Assembly (NCBI GenBank): GCA_963682135.1
Contig: OY821645.1
Span: 2,688,001 to 2,752,000 of the forward strand
Reading direction: 5' to 3'
Source: Methanothrix sp.
Lineage (GTDB): Archaea; Halobacteriota; Methanosarcinia; Methanotrichales; Methanotrichaceae
DNA length: 64,000 nt
Below, one piece after another: positions 39,646 to 48,714 of this stretch; the stretch's first letter is position 1, and each line of letters starts with the position of its first letter. Made by a program: the position numbers and the translations under genes. The notes below the pieces were generated by a model. That model had not been told where the DNA came from. It searched no databases and was given only the letters and a program-made list of their open reading frames with translations.

Positions 39646-39938
39646 TGTCTCCTTGCTCTGAATCCTGTTAAAAATTAAGCTCTTTTTAAGCACCTTCCAT
39701 CTAAACTTGCCCATTGATCGCGGTATTGGATTCTTCAGTAGCAATGGTCAAACACATCAAAAAAATGCGTCCATCGGCAAGCTAAGACGCATTTTTTCTT
39801 ATGTCCTTCCCCCCAATTCGTTCGCTGAAGAAAAGATGATGTTGCCTCTTAACATCGCTATAATCCCCAATTTTGTCTCCGGGCGTGAAATGTACCACTG
39901 ATTGGATTTTCCATGGTATAGAGCAGTTCTGCGGTTGC

Positions 39939-40120
39939 TCAAGGCTTAATATAAGCATTCAATCCGATGGTGATCGGCTTATCATCAACTCTGGCGCTAG
40001 TAACGATATTCCCATGTGTGCTTGCAACAACGGAGTTTTACCGGATGACGATGGAGTTGGTTTTTCCAGGTCAATTTCTATGAAGAGCTTGTTATCCTTG
40101 ATTTCTACTTTCAGAGCCAT
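39939..40120 (-). pseudogene. frameshifted small (~60 aa) protein of a type associated with mobile elements
   Basis: MALKVEIKDNKLFIEIDLEKPTPSSSGKT, then a 1-nt loss, then VVASTHGNIVTSARVDDKPITIGLNAYIKP-stop; upstream AGGTGA. Confidence 0.6.
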
Positions 40121-40271
40121 ACGAGTTCACCTATTGGTCATTACTTAGACATGCTCATCTATTACCCTTTCCCTTGCTGGGTTTGGCTGAGGATCAACCT
40201 TCCAGGCGGCCGGCATGGAAAGCCTCATGAATAATAACCGCAGTATCAGTTCTATAAAGAAGGCGATAATA

Positions 40272-40634
40272 ATGAAGTTGATAAAAGTGGACCAAGTAGC
40301 TAAAGAGCCATGGGAAGATACATTATTTACCGGTCCTGTCACCCTGCAAGCGATTATTGGAAATGACCTGAGTGAAAATTTCCTGATACAGCAGGTAAAC
40401 TTCAGCAAGGGCGTAAGGAACAAATTTCACAGCCACTCTACTGAACAAATACTTATTGTCACGGAAGGCAAAGGTATCGTTGCCACGGATAAAGAAGAAA
40501 TAACCGTTAGATCTGGGGATGTCATATTCATTCCAGCAGGAGAGAAACACTGGCATGGTGCCGCTAAAGATAGCACCTTCTCGCATATTTATGTCATGCC
40601 GCCTGATCTGAAAATAACCCAAATTGAGGATTAA
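40272..40634 (+). CDS. cupin domain protein
   Basis: HSHSTEQILIVTEGKG and IPAGEKHWHGA. Confidence 0.88.
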   Translation: MKLIKVDQVAKEPWEDTLFTGPVTLQAIIGNDLSENFLIQQVNFSKGVRNKFHSHSTEQILIVTEGKGIVATDKEEITVRSGDVIFIPAGEKHWHGAAKDSTFSHIYVMPPDLKITQIED

Positions 40635-40997
40635 GATATGAGCCATCAAGTTCCACATCGTGTGCTTGCCTGCTGCATACCAGCCAGGAGCCTAGATAGC
40701 TTTTAGAGTATGATCGCGATTATTGACCCTGCCACAGCAAGTAGCAAAGCGTTTTCATACCAAGGATTCCGTTTTCTTCCTCGGGAGGGAGGATGTTTGA
40801 AGTTAAATGGCATTTTATCTTCATAGCCAAAATTGCCACCAGAGTTTATCCTTGGCCTCTAGAGCTTTAAAATTGTTCACAGACGTATCCTCGTGATTCA
40901 TCCGTCATTCCCTTTTCTAGGTCCGTTGCGCCGCCAATTCCTGAGAGTGAATTCAAGTAAGTTCAGATAGTGATATCGTCTTTCAATCCCACCGGAA

Positions 40998-41252
40998 CTA
41001 GTCATAGAAAATTCCATGACCATTGGGATCTTTGGAAAATGACTTCGATTTGCAGCTAGGGCATCTTGCCGGTGCATCTCGTTTGAACATACCACGGCAT
41101 AGGCATCTACCTGCAAGTTTTTCGACCTCTCGATTATATTCATCTTCAGTTAAAGGCTCACCAGGGTAGTTTTCCCGGATATTCCTGTCATGTTCAGCAG
41201 TTGCTACAGCGTACGGCCCCGAAAGGCCCTTTAAATATCGCAAATGTATTTT
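40998..41252 (-). pseudogene. 5'-truncated Cys-rich (zinc-binding) protein cut at the att site
   Basis: HLRYLKGLSGPY...RCLC...RCPSCKS; the frame runs into the att/tRNA with no start of its own. Confidence 0.55.
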
Positions 41253-41262
41253 ACATAAAAGG

Positions 41263-41347
41263 TGCGGGGAAAGGGATTCGAACCCTTGAACTCCTGCGAG
41301 AATAGATCTTGAGTCTATCACCGTTGGCCTGGCTTGGTTATCCCCGC
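41263..41347 (-). tRNA. tRNA-Leu(CAA)
   Basis: GCGGGGA...TCCCCGC-A; anticodon arm ATAGA-CTCAAGA-TCTAT; long variable arm; GGTTCGAATCC. Confidence 0.95.
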
Positions 41348-41424
41348 ATCAGATAGCGATTCTTTGATATTAGCACATCGCTCCTTATATTCCGAACTAG
41401 TTTAATGTATAAAAAGGTTCCCGC

Positions 41425-41580
41425 TCATGCATCCACGTGGCTCACACAGATCCAGTGGTAGTAACCATGAATACCGGTGCCTGTAACCTCGTCAAACTCT
41501 TCCAGCTCCTGGCCGCAGATCTGGCATATCTCACCATCAGGCACCTCTATCTCGGCATCATTGCATAGTACTATTACCAT
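41425..41580 (-). CDS. 51-aa zinc-finger microprotein (CxxC...HxxC)
   Basis: MVIVLCNDAEIEVPDGEICQICGQELEEFDEVTGTGIHGYYHWICVSHVDA; upstream GGGAG; below the ORF-track cutoff. Confidence 0.7.
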   Translation of the reverse strand: MVIVLCNDAEIEVPDGEICQICGQELEEFDEVTGTGIHGYYHWICVSHVDA

Positions 41581-41700
41581 TCAGGCTCCCAGGAGGGCTG
41601 CCGGAGCCATGAAGCTTTCGGACAATTAAGACGGGCGGATAGAATTTAGATCGCCCTAATTGCCGAAGACCGCTTTTCTTCCATATTCAAAACCGAGGCT

Positions 41701-42135
41701 CTACTCCTCTTTGGATCTGCCCTCAAACTCCTGGAAGGTGCGCAGCGCCGAAGCCAGCACCCTGGTCTGGCCGATGATGGCGGCAATGAATACCGCATCC
41801 AGGATCTCGTCCTCGCTCGCCCCCGCCCGGGCGGCTGCGCTCATGTGCACCTTCAGGCACTTGTCCGCGCCCGCGCTCGCCGCTGCGGCTACAGCCAGCA
41901 GCTCTGCGACCTTGGGCTCAAGGCTTTGGGGACGCAGGGCATAGAAGTCCTTGAGGGCGGAGAAGATCATGAACTGCGGCCGGCGGGCCATGACCTTCAG
42001 GATGAAGGGGACTGTGCCCAGCATCTGCTCGGTGTCGTCGTAAATGTCCTCTTGCAGGGAATCGCTGTTCTCCAGGAGGGCTTTGATCAGGGTCTTGTTT
42101 TCGGGTTTCATTGCTTGTGCTGTTGGCTCTCCCAT
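41701..42135 (-). CDS. carboxymuconolactone decarboxylase / AhpD family protein
   Basis: LEPKVAELLAVAAA...CLKVH...GASEDEI. Confidence 0.85.
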   Translation of the reverse strand: MGEPTAQAMKPENKTLIKALLENSDSLQEDIYDDTEQMLGTVPFILKVMARRPQFMIFSALKDFYALRPQSLEPKVAELLAVAAAASAGADKCLKVHMSAAARAGASEDEILDAVFIAAIIGQTRVLASALRTFQEFEGRSKEE

Positions 42136-42243
42136 TCTTGCAGCTTTCGCCTTACTGTCTCGGCTCGTGAATCTCCGGTCCTGAAAATAGAAAGCTCCTA
42201 GGAATTGACCCTCGGATTAAAAAAGAATCACTTTCTTCGCTCT

Positions 42244-43311
42244 TCACTCCTCCAGCGTTATCGCCCTGATCTCTATCTGAAGCTGCGGCTCATTGGAGTC
42301 GAGCACCAGCTCCAGCCGGTCCAGCGGCTTGCTCGGGTCCGTGTCCACCTTGGCATAGAAATAATGCCCCTCATAACCGTAAGCGGAGCTGGCTGTGCTC
42401 GGCCAGGAGTAGGCAGGCGCAACCTTGCTGTGCTTTAGCTGTGCCTGGGTCTCGGATCGGTCATAAGCCCATTCGGCGATGTTCACTCCCATGATCAGAT
42501 CCGTCGTCTCAAAGCTTCCATCCTCGTACCAGACATTGATATGGCCCACTTTGACGTTGTCTGGCACTGCGATGCTCCATCCGGCAAATTCCACAACATG
42601 AACGGCCTTGGCATTCTTACCTCTCAGATCGATGGAGTCAACTGCTTGCCCTGCATTGGCCTTCAGTGCCACACCTTCCACCTGAAAATCGATACCATTG
42701 TAGGTATGAGCAGTCCCGGTTCCCAATGCAGTCGACTGGCCTGCGGTATTTTTGCTGTTCCAGGATGCCATCCATTCCTGGGCTGTTTCCCAATCCACTT
42801 TTCCTGTGAATTGCGGGAACATGAGCGTGCCTGCGGCTTCCTTGGATATCACACATTGCGAGCTATCCCCATTGCAGTAAACATTCCAGACCTTAGGCTT
42901 GTTCTCCTCCCGCCAGGATGCCATCCAATTTTGAGCCGTATCCCATGTTACCTTTCCTGTGAACTGTGGAAACATCAAGGCCCCGCTGGCCTCCTTGGAG
43001 ATGGCGCACTCTGAACTGTCTCCATTGCAGTAGACATTCCAGACGGCAGGTTGTTTCGGATAGCCGTTGGCCAGCATCCAGTTCTGAACAGTATTCCAAT
43101 CCACTTTGCCCGGGAAGACGGTAAACATCAAATCCCCGCTGGGCTCTTTGGCCACAGTGCAGCGTGAGCCGTCTCCACTGCAATAGACATTCCATACATT
43201 CAGATCCTCAGGGCCCTGGGCAGAAGCAGACGGGATGACAATTGCAGCCAAGCACAGGACAACTGCCAAGAGCGATTCGATCCTCATATCCATCCTCATA
43301 TCCATCTTCAT
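42244..43311 (-). CDS. secreted protein with three 51-aa Cys/Trp repeats and a C-terminal beta domain
   Basis: Signal peptide; VWNVYC.GD.S.C..SKE..G.LMF..F.GKV.W.T.Q.WM three times. Confidence 0.8.
   Translation of the reverse strand: MKMDMRMDMRIESLLAVVLCLAAIVIPSASAQGPEDLNVWNVYCSGDGSRCTVAKEPSGDLMFTVFPGKVDWNTVQNWMLANGYPKQPAVWNVYCNGDSSECAISKEASGALMFPQFTGKVTWDTAQNWMASWREENKPKVWNVYCNGDSSQCVISKEAAGTLMFPQFTGKVDWETAQEWMASWNSKNTAGQSTALGTGTAHTYNGIDFQVEGVALKANAGQAVDSIDLRGKNAKAVHVVEFAGWSIAVPDNVKVGHINVWYEDGSFETTDLIMGVNIAEWAYDRSETQAQLKHSKVAPAYSWPSTASSAYGYEGHYFYAKVDTDPSKPLDRLELVLDSNEPQLQIEIRAITLEE
42769..43197 (-). repeat. three intragenic tandem repeats with a 153-bp period
   Basis: Equivalent Trp codons at 43194, 43041 and 42888. 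Confidence 0.88.
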
Positions 43312-43351
43312 AGCAATCCCCTACCATGCATCTTGAGATTGTCTCCTATCC

Positions 43352-44104
43352 CTAAACCACACTGATTCGGAAGCTTTTCTTGTCCCCGAAAGGCATCGAT
43401 CCCGAGACCGTGGCCAAGGCAGCTTCCAGATCCCAGAATCCGGCATTTCTGGGCTTGATGCTCATGATGAAGGTCACGTCACCGCTGCCGGAAAGCTTCC
43501 GGCTCAGGCCTGAGTCCAAAATGCCGGACCTGTCTCGTATGGTTGCCTCCACTTTAGTTCCTGCCGCCAGGTTGGAGTAGACGGTGTGCACCTTTACCTG
43601 ACTCTCTTCTCCTACCGCAATCGTATCAGGTGGAACGACGTATTCGATGCTGCTAATCTCCACATCCGGTTTATTCTCCGCGTTCTCAACGAGCAGAGTG
43701 AAGGCTTTTCCGGCCAGAAGCTTGTCGCCCTTCCATATTTCCGCCTTGAGATGCCACTCGTTTATGTACTCAGGCCATCCCGAAGGAATGGAATAGCTGG
43801 CAGGCACCATAATCTCGGCGGGCGGGAACAGATAAGTGCCGCTGCCTGAGACCGTAGTCTCGCCGCCACTCTGAAAGCGGGGTGGAAAATCAGCATAGGC
43901 GAGGTGCAGGCTCAATGTCGATTCCGCCAGGTCGGTGTATTTGATTCCGACAACAATGGGCACACGTTCGCCTACGGTTAGTGTCTCAGGCGACAACGGA
44001 TATTGAAGTGAGTTGATCTTCACTTCCCCACCCTGAGCCGGCACAACTGCGATCAAGATAAGGCTGAAAAGAATAATGCCAACGCTTTGGTTTCTCATGA
44101 CCAT
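43352..44104 (-). CDS. secreted protein with two Ig-like repeats
   Basis: Signal peptide; V.I.S..Y...P.T..VGE...SGSG...W.L.A occurs twice. Confidence 0.72.
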   Translation of the reverse strand: MVMRNQSVGIILFSLILIAVVPAQGGEVKINSLQYPLSPETLTVGERVPIVVGIKYTDLAESTLSLHLAYADFPPRFQSGGETTVSGSGTYLFPPAEIMVPASYSIPSGWPEYINEWHLKAEIWKGDKLLAGKAFTLLVENAENKPDVEISSIEYVVPPDTIAVGEESQVKVHTVYSNLAAGTKVEATIRDRSGILDSGLSRKLSGSGDVTFIMSIKPRNAGFWDLEAALATVSGSMPFGDKKSFRISVV

Positions 44105-44215
44105 ATCCTCCTATCTTTTGATCTCTCAATAAGTACTAACCTAAATTATTAAACGTTATAAATAAATGCTTGCATTCATCCTTGCTTTTGTTTGTTCCGC
44201 TAGATATTTACTGCC

Positions 44216-44794
44216 TCAGCACACTATTTTTTCGAAGCAGTCCTTGCAGAGCACCTTTCCGCCAGCCGTCCTTCCCAGGATCTCCATGAAGCCTTCTTTG
44301 CACTCCTGGCACTTGAGAGACGGATAAATCCTGGCCTTCTCGGGTGCAGGAATATTGACATTTTTCACCGAGAGCAGATCTTCGTCCTTGCCGCTCAAGA
44401 TGTCCTCAATAACCTGAGCCCTCAGCCGCTCAAATTCCTTCTTCTCTTCTGCGGAAAGATTGCCGCTCGCCGCCTTCTGGCGCAGGGCGTCCATTCCCTG
44501 GAAGACATCGCCCTTGAAGTAGATGCGCATGGCGCGATCCTGATCGCGGGAGTAGAAGGTAAAGACCTGCTTGCCGTTATCCACAAAGATCAGATTGCCT
44601 TTGCCGGCTGTGCAGCCTAAAAGCGACTGCACCGCATCCACGCTGCAGGATTTGTTCTCGGCAATGCAGACCAGCTCCTCATCCTTGGAGCGGGGGTAGT
44701 GCTCTTTAGCATACTTTGCTACTCTGTAGCCCATGGCAAGGCCCGGGCAGATATGGCCGTGAAACTCAGCCGCTTTTTTAAAGTCTTCTTCCAT
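44216..44794 (-). CDS. FmdE/FwdE family protein with C-terminal zinc finger
   Basis: FHGHICPGLAMG, CSVDAVQ, GCTAGKGNL, CQEC...CKDC. Confidence 0.9.
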   Translation of the reverse strand: MEEDFKKAAEFHGHICPGLAMGYRVAKYAKEHYPRSKDEELVCIAENKSCSVDAVQSLLGCTAGKGNLIFVDNGKQVFTFYSRDQDRAMRIYFKGDVFQGMDALRQKAASGNLSAEEKKEFERLRAQVIEDILSGKDEDLLSVKNVNIPAPEKARIYPSLKCQECKEGFMEILGRTAGGKVLCKDCFEKIVC

Positions 44795-45227
44795 AATAGT
44801 CCCCTGGATTAAACCCCAATTTTGATTATTTAAACTAATTCTGTTGACTTGGAATAAGTAAGAAGCGGTCGATGCGAGAATAGTCCATGTGAGATAGCTT
44901 ATTGAATAAAAATGAAAAAATAAGGTGGAGCAGTTCAGTCTTATGCAAAAACCTTCTCAGGCATGGTGGGCCTTGTGCCTATATATTGGTCAATCATATA
45001 TAATAATAAAACAATTTATTTTAAAATAAAATCCTCGCAACTTGCTGCGCGTGGGTGCGCCGCCGTTTCACTCCTTTCGTTTTGTGGATAGCCACGAGTC
45101 TGTTCCTTTCGGCAAGCATAGCCAAGCATTCCAGGACGTCTCTTAGATTATGATCAAGGCCATAAAATACAGTCCATCATATGTTAAAAAATGTATATAA
45201 ACTCTTCTGAGGCAGACTACCCGAATT

Positions 45228-47576
45228 TTAGATTAGGCAATAAATGTGATACTTGCCATCCTTGTTCTCAACGCCATGAATATCGTGGCTGAAGCCCTTG
45301 AACTCCTTATCCCATTCTTGCAGGGCACAAAGGTACTTGAGATGTGGACCATCAGCAGGTCCGATATTCTCTCCAGAGAGCAGCATGGGAATGCCGGGTG
45401 GATAGGGAATAATTCCAGTAGCTACTGTTCTATAAGCTATCTCTTTATCATTCAAGGCCAGAAGTTCTGCCCGGCCATGCACCAGCCTCTGATAGGCCTG
45501 GTTGGGCGTCTTATCCTGTGTGGGTATTTTTGCATAGATCTCTTCCTGAAGCCCCATTAAATTCAATTCTTTCACCTTTTTGAACATCTCCTCAGCCAGA
45601 TCTCTCAGTCCCATCTTCCCATAGTATTCTGGATCCAGCAGCACCTTGTCAGGCAGAACCTCTTTCAAGGGAGTATTTTTATTGTAATCATCTCTAAACC
45701 TCAAGAGGGCGTTGACCAGAGTTCCCCATTTGCCTTTGGTAATCCCCATCGAGAACAGGAAGAGGATTGTGAAGTCCGTTGTCTTTTCCACGACTATGCC
45801 GCGATTGTCCAGGTAAGAAGTGACCAGCATTGCCGGTATCCTGACCTCCCCTTCATCCTTTAGAGATTCATCTCTCCCAATACCCGGGGTGACCACAGAG
45901 ACCTTGATTGGGTCAAGCATACAGTAGCCTTCCTCCAGATTGCTGAAGCCATGCCACTTGTCTTTGGTATGTAGCACCCAGCAATCTGGATTTTCAGCCA
46001 GTATCTTGGGAGACACTCTCTCGAAGTCGACGCCTTTAATCTTATCTGCATTCCATACGTCGAAGAACCAATCTCCATTTTCCTGAGATTCTTTGAATAT
46101 CTTTCGCATGCTCTGGCGGAAAGCAATGGCTTCATCTATCGATTCTCTGGTTAGAGCTTCACCACTCTCTCCGGACATCATGGCTGCGGAGACCTCATTT
46201 GAGGCGATTATGGCATATTGAGGCGATGTCGAGGAATGCATCATAAATGATTCATTGAATCGATCATGAGGGATGCATTTCTTGCCGTTCCTTACATGAA
46301 TGAAGGATGCCTGCGAGAGAGCAGCGAGCAACTTGTGTGTCGAGGTGGTGGTGAATACGGTGGGAGCATTGTCGGGTCTGCTCTTTTCAAACATGCCGTA
46401 TCGTTCGTTGTAGAGCGGATTGAAGCGGGCATAGCCGTACCATGCCTCATCGAAATGTATGCGGTCAACGCTATCGCCCAGGATCTCCAGGACGCGCTTG
46501 ACATTATAGCACAGGCCGTCATAGGTAGAGTTGGTGATAATCGCATGCATAGGCCGCTTATGTCTTGGATTTGCGTTATCTAAAGCATCAGCCGAGGACG
46601 AGATTTCCTCATCATTGCACTCCGGTTCGACTACCAGGTTATGAGATAAAATTGATTGCGTGACTGCTTCCTTGCCGATGTTCTCCGGATAGATAGGCCC
46701 AATCAAGCCCAGGTGGTTTCTGGAGGTCTTCATATAGGCAGGAATTGCGCCGGTCATTATCAAGGCCTGTTCAATGGATTTATGGCAGTTTCTGTCGACC
46801 AGGACGTGATCTCCGCGGGTGACGCTCGCCATAAAGACGATACGGTTTGAGGCCGAGGTGCCGTTAGTCACACTGTAAGTGCGGTCTGCGCCAAATATTT
46901 GGGCCGCATATCTTTCGCTCTCGCCGATTGGTCCGGAGTGGTCCAGCAAAGAGCCCAGTTCTCCTACTGATACAGAGAGATCCGACCTGAGCAGGTTTTC
47001 CCCAAAGTACTGGAAGAAGGCTCTGCCTACGGGTGATTTGAGAAAAGCCGTTCCGCCCGTATGGCCGGGGGTATGCCAGGAGTACTCGGAAACCTTGGCG
47101 AAGTCCATGAGGGCTTTGGTAAATGGCGGCTCAACCTGATCTCGGTAACGATTCATTGCCGCTAATACCCGTCCGGCAATGAATGTGGGTGTGTCTTCCA
47201 GCACCCAGACCAGTTCGTCCACCAGCGACATCACTTCTGCGTTGATCAATGGAGCCTTTCCGCTATCGGACATGAGAAAAACAGGCATATGGCTATTTCT
47301 GCTGCGTATTAGCTTGAGCAACTCTTTGGCTTTGTTATGGGTCTGGGGGTCATCATCGTCCAGGCTCCAATCCATGAGAATGCACTGGATTGAGGGATCT
47401 GAGAGAATTACTGACCTGCCATCATCTGCTGAGCATGATTCGATGACCGTTGCATCTTCATTCTCCAATTCAGCTACCAGAGCGCGCACAGCTCGGCCTT
47501 CCGCAGTGGGCAAATCGATCTCATCGTCTACTATTAGCACCTTCATTCCCAGCGCCAGATCATTAACTCTTGTCAT
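45228..47576 (-). CDS. Orn/Lys/Arg decarboxylase (class I PLP, with receiver-like wing domain)
   Basis: WHTPGH, VTNGTS, DRNCHKS, HFDEAW, PLP lysine STHK, PYPPGIP. Confidence 0.93.
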   Translation of the reverse strand: MTRVNDLALGMKVLIVDDEIDLPTAEGRAVRALVAELENEDATVIESCSADDGRSVILSDPSIQCILMDWSLDDDDPQTHNKAKELLKLIRSRNSHMPVFLMSDSGKAPLINAEVMSLVDELVWVLEDTPTFIAGRVLAAMNRYRDQVEPPFTKALMDFAKVSEYSWHTPGHTGGTAFLKSPVGRAFFQYFGENLLRSDLSVSVGELGSLLDHSGPIGESERYAAQIFGADRTYSVTNGTSASNRIVFMASVTRGDHVLVDRNCHKSIEQALIMTGAIPAYMKTSRNHLGLIGPIYPENIGKEAVTQSILSHNLVVEPECNDEEISSSADALDNANPRHKRPMHAIITNSTYDGLCYNVKRVLEILGDSVDRIHFDEAWYGYARFNPLYNERYGMFEKSRPDNAPTVFTTTSTHKLLAALSQASFIHVRNGKKCIPHDRFNESFMMHSSTSPQYAIIASNEVSAAMMSGESGEALTRESIDEAIAFRQSMRKIFKESQENGDWFFDVWNADKIKGVDFERVSPKILAENPDCWVLHTKDKWHGFSNLEEGYCMLDPIKVSVVTPGIGRDESLKDEGEVRIPAMLVTSYLDNRGIVVEKTTDFTILFLFSMGITKGKWGTLVNALLRFRDDYNKNTPLKEVLPDKVLLDPEYYGKMGLRDLAEEMFKKVKELNLMGLQEEIYAKIPTQDKTPNQAYQRLVHGRAELLALNDKEIAYRTVATGIIPYPPGIPMLLSGENIGPADGPHLKYLCALQEWDKEFKGFSHDIHGVENKDGKYHIYCLI

Positions 47577-47821
47577 CCTACATCACACTCAGCACGTATT
47601 ATGTGGGTGTATTGACCACTCTATTATTAAATCTTTGTAGAATCATTGATTGATGCTATTGAATTCTATCCTTGGATTTCGCTTATAGTCTTTTTGCAGT
47701 ATCACAAATTTTTTCGTTAAACGTGTATCGAAGGCGCGAGAGATTTCTGCTTGGGATATGCCAAATAATTAATACTAATAATACGTGATATATATGCAGA
47801 GATTTGGTGTGAGGTTGGAAT

Positions 47822-48665
47822 ATGAAGATTACTCTATCCTTGCCTGGCAGCAGTCCTGCTGCTCTTATTGACTGCCACGGGCGCTCTTGCCGGCATGGCT
47901 CAGTTTGCCGGTTCCTGGACAAATGTGGATACCAATACCGCTGGTATCACCAATCTGGATATTGCTACTATGGGTAGCAACGCTCAGGTACATGCCTGGG
48001 GCAAATGCCATCCCACTGATTGTGATTGGGGGACGGTGCAGGCTCAGGCATTTGCTCCCGATGTCTCCTCTGACGTTCTCAGTGGAGCCGACACCTTGAT
48101 CGCTGTTTTTGTTACATCATTTTCCCAGATCAGTCTGGTCATAAAGCCAGCCAGCAACCAACTTAAGGTGGACTCTTACGATCGCTTCATGGACAATAGC
48201 GGCAGAAGCAATTACCAGGCCAGCTATACCTTCCGGAAGGCTGAGGCACCTGGAGGCACAACTCTCGGCGATGTGACACCCGGTCCAGGCGACATTGGTC
48301 TAGGTGATATCGGCCCAGCCGACACGGGTCCTGGCGACATGGGTCCAGGTGGAACGATTCCCGGCAGCACACCGGCTCTGATCGATCTGACCGGCGTCTG
48401 GAATTGCGATGACGGCGGCATTTACTATGTTCGCCAGCTTGGAACGACCGTCTGGTGGTATGGAGAGCAGGACCCCAATACGCCCAACTGGTCCAATGTC
48501 ATGCGCGGCAGCATCAGCGGCAATATGATCAACGCTGACTGGTCAGATGTGCCCAAGGGAAGCGTGATGCAGAACGGTAATCTGGTCCTTCAGATAGCAT
48601 CCAATAACAAACTGGTGGCCATTTCCAAGACGGGAGGCTTTGCCGGATCGGTCTGGACGAGATAG
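47822..48665 (+). CDS. secreted two-domain hypothetical protein; signal peptide appears frameshifted
   Basis: Main ORF 47868-48665 (HAWGKCHPTDCDWG domain, GD-GP linker, DLTGVWNCDDGG domain); the RBS-preceded ATG 47822 is one base out of frame. Confidence 0.65.
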
Positions 48666-48714
48666 GAACTAAAAATTATATTTTTCTTTTTTCCTATCTT
48701 TTGCTTTTTGTTAT

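Larger units (their letters stand above)
37080..41277. mobile_element. decayed tRNA-Leu(CAA)-integrated island (~4.2 kb), no integrase seen
   Basis: Bounded by the 22-bp direct repeat; contains an IS3 remnant, pseudogenes and AT-richer cargo genes. Confidence 0.75.

Noticed and set aside
40640-40990. Peptide-like fragments (..KDKLWWQFWL, ..PWYENALLLAVAGSIIAIIL) on the minus strand
   Set aside because: Too short and interrupted to assign; treated as island debris.
40998-41321. 107-aa ORF as listed in the ORF track
   Set aside because: Its first ~22 codons are tRNA-Leu(CAA) and att sequence; only the 3' part is protein-like and is called as a pseudogene.
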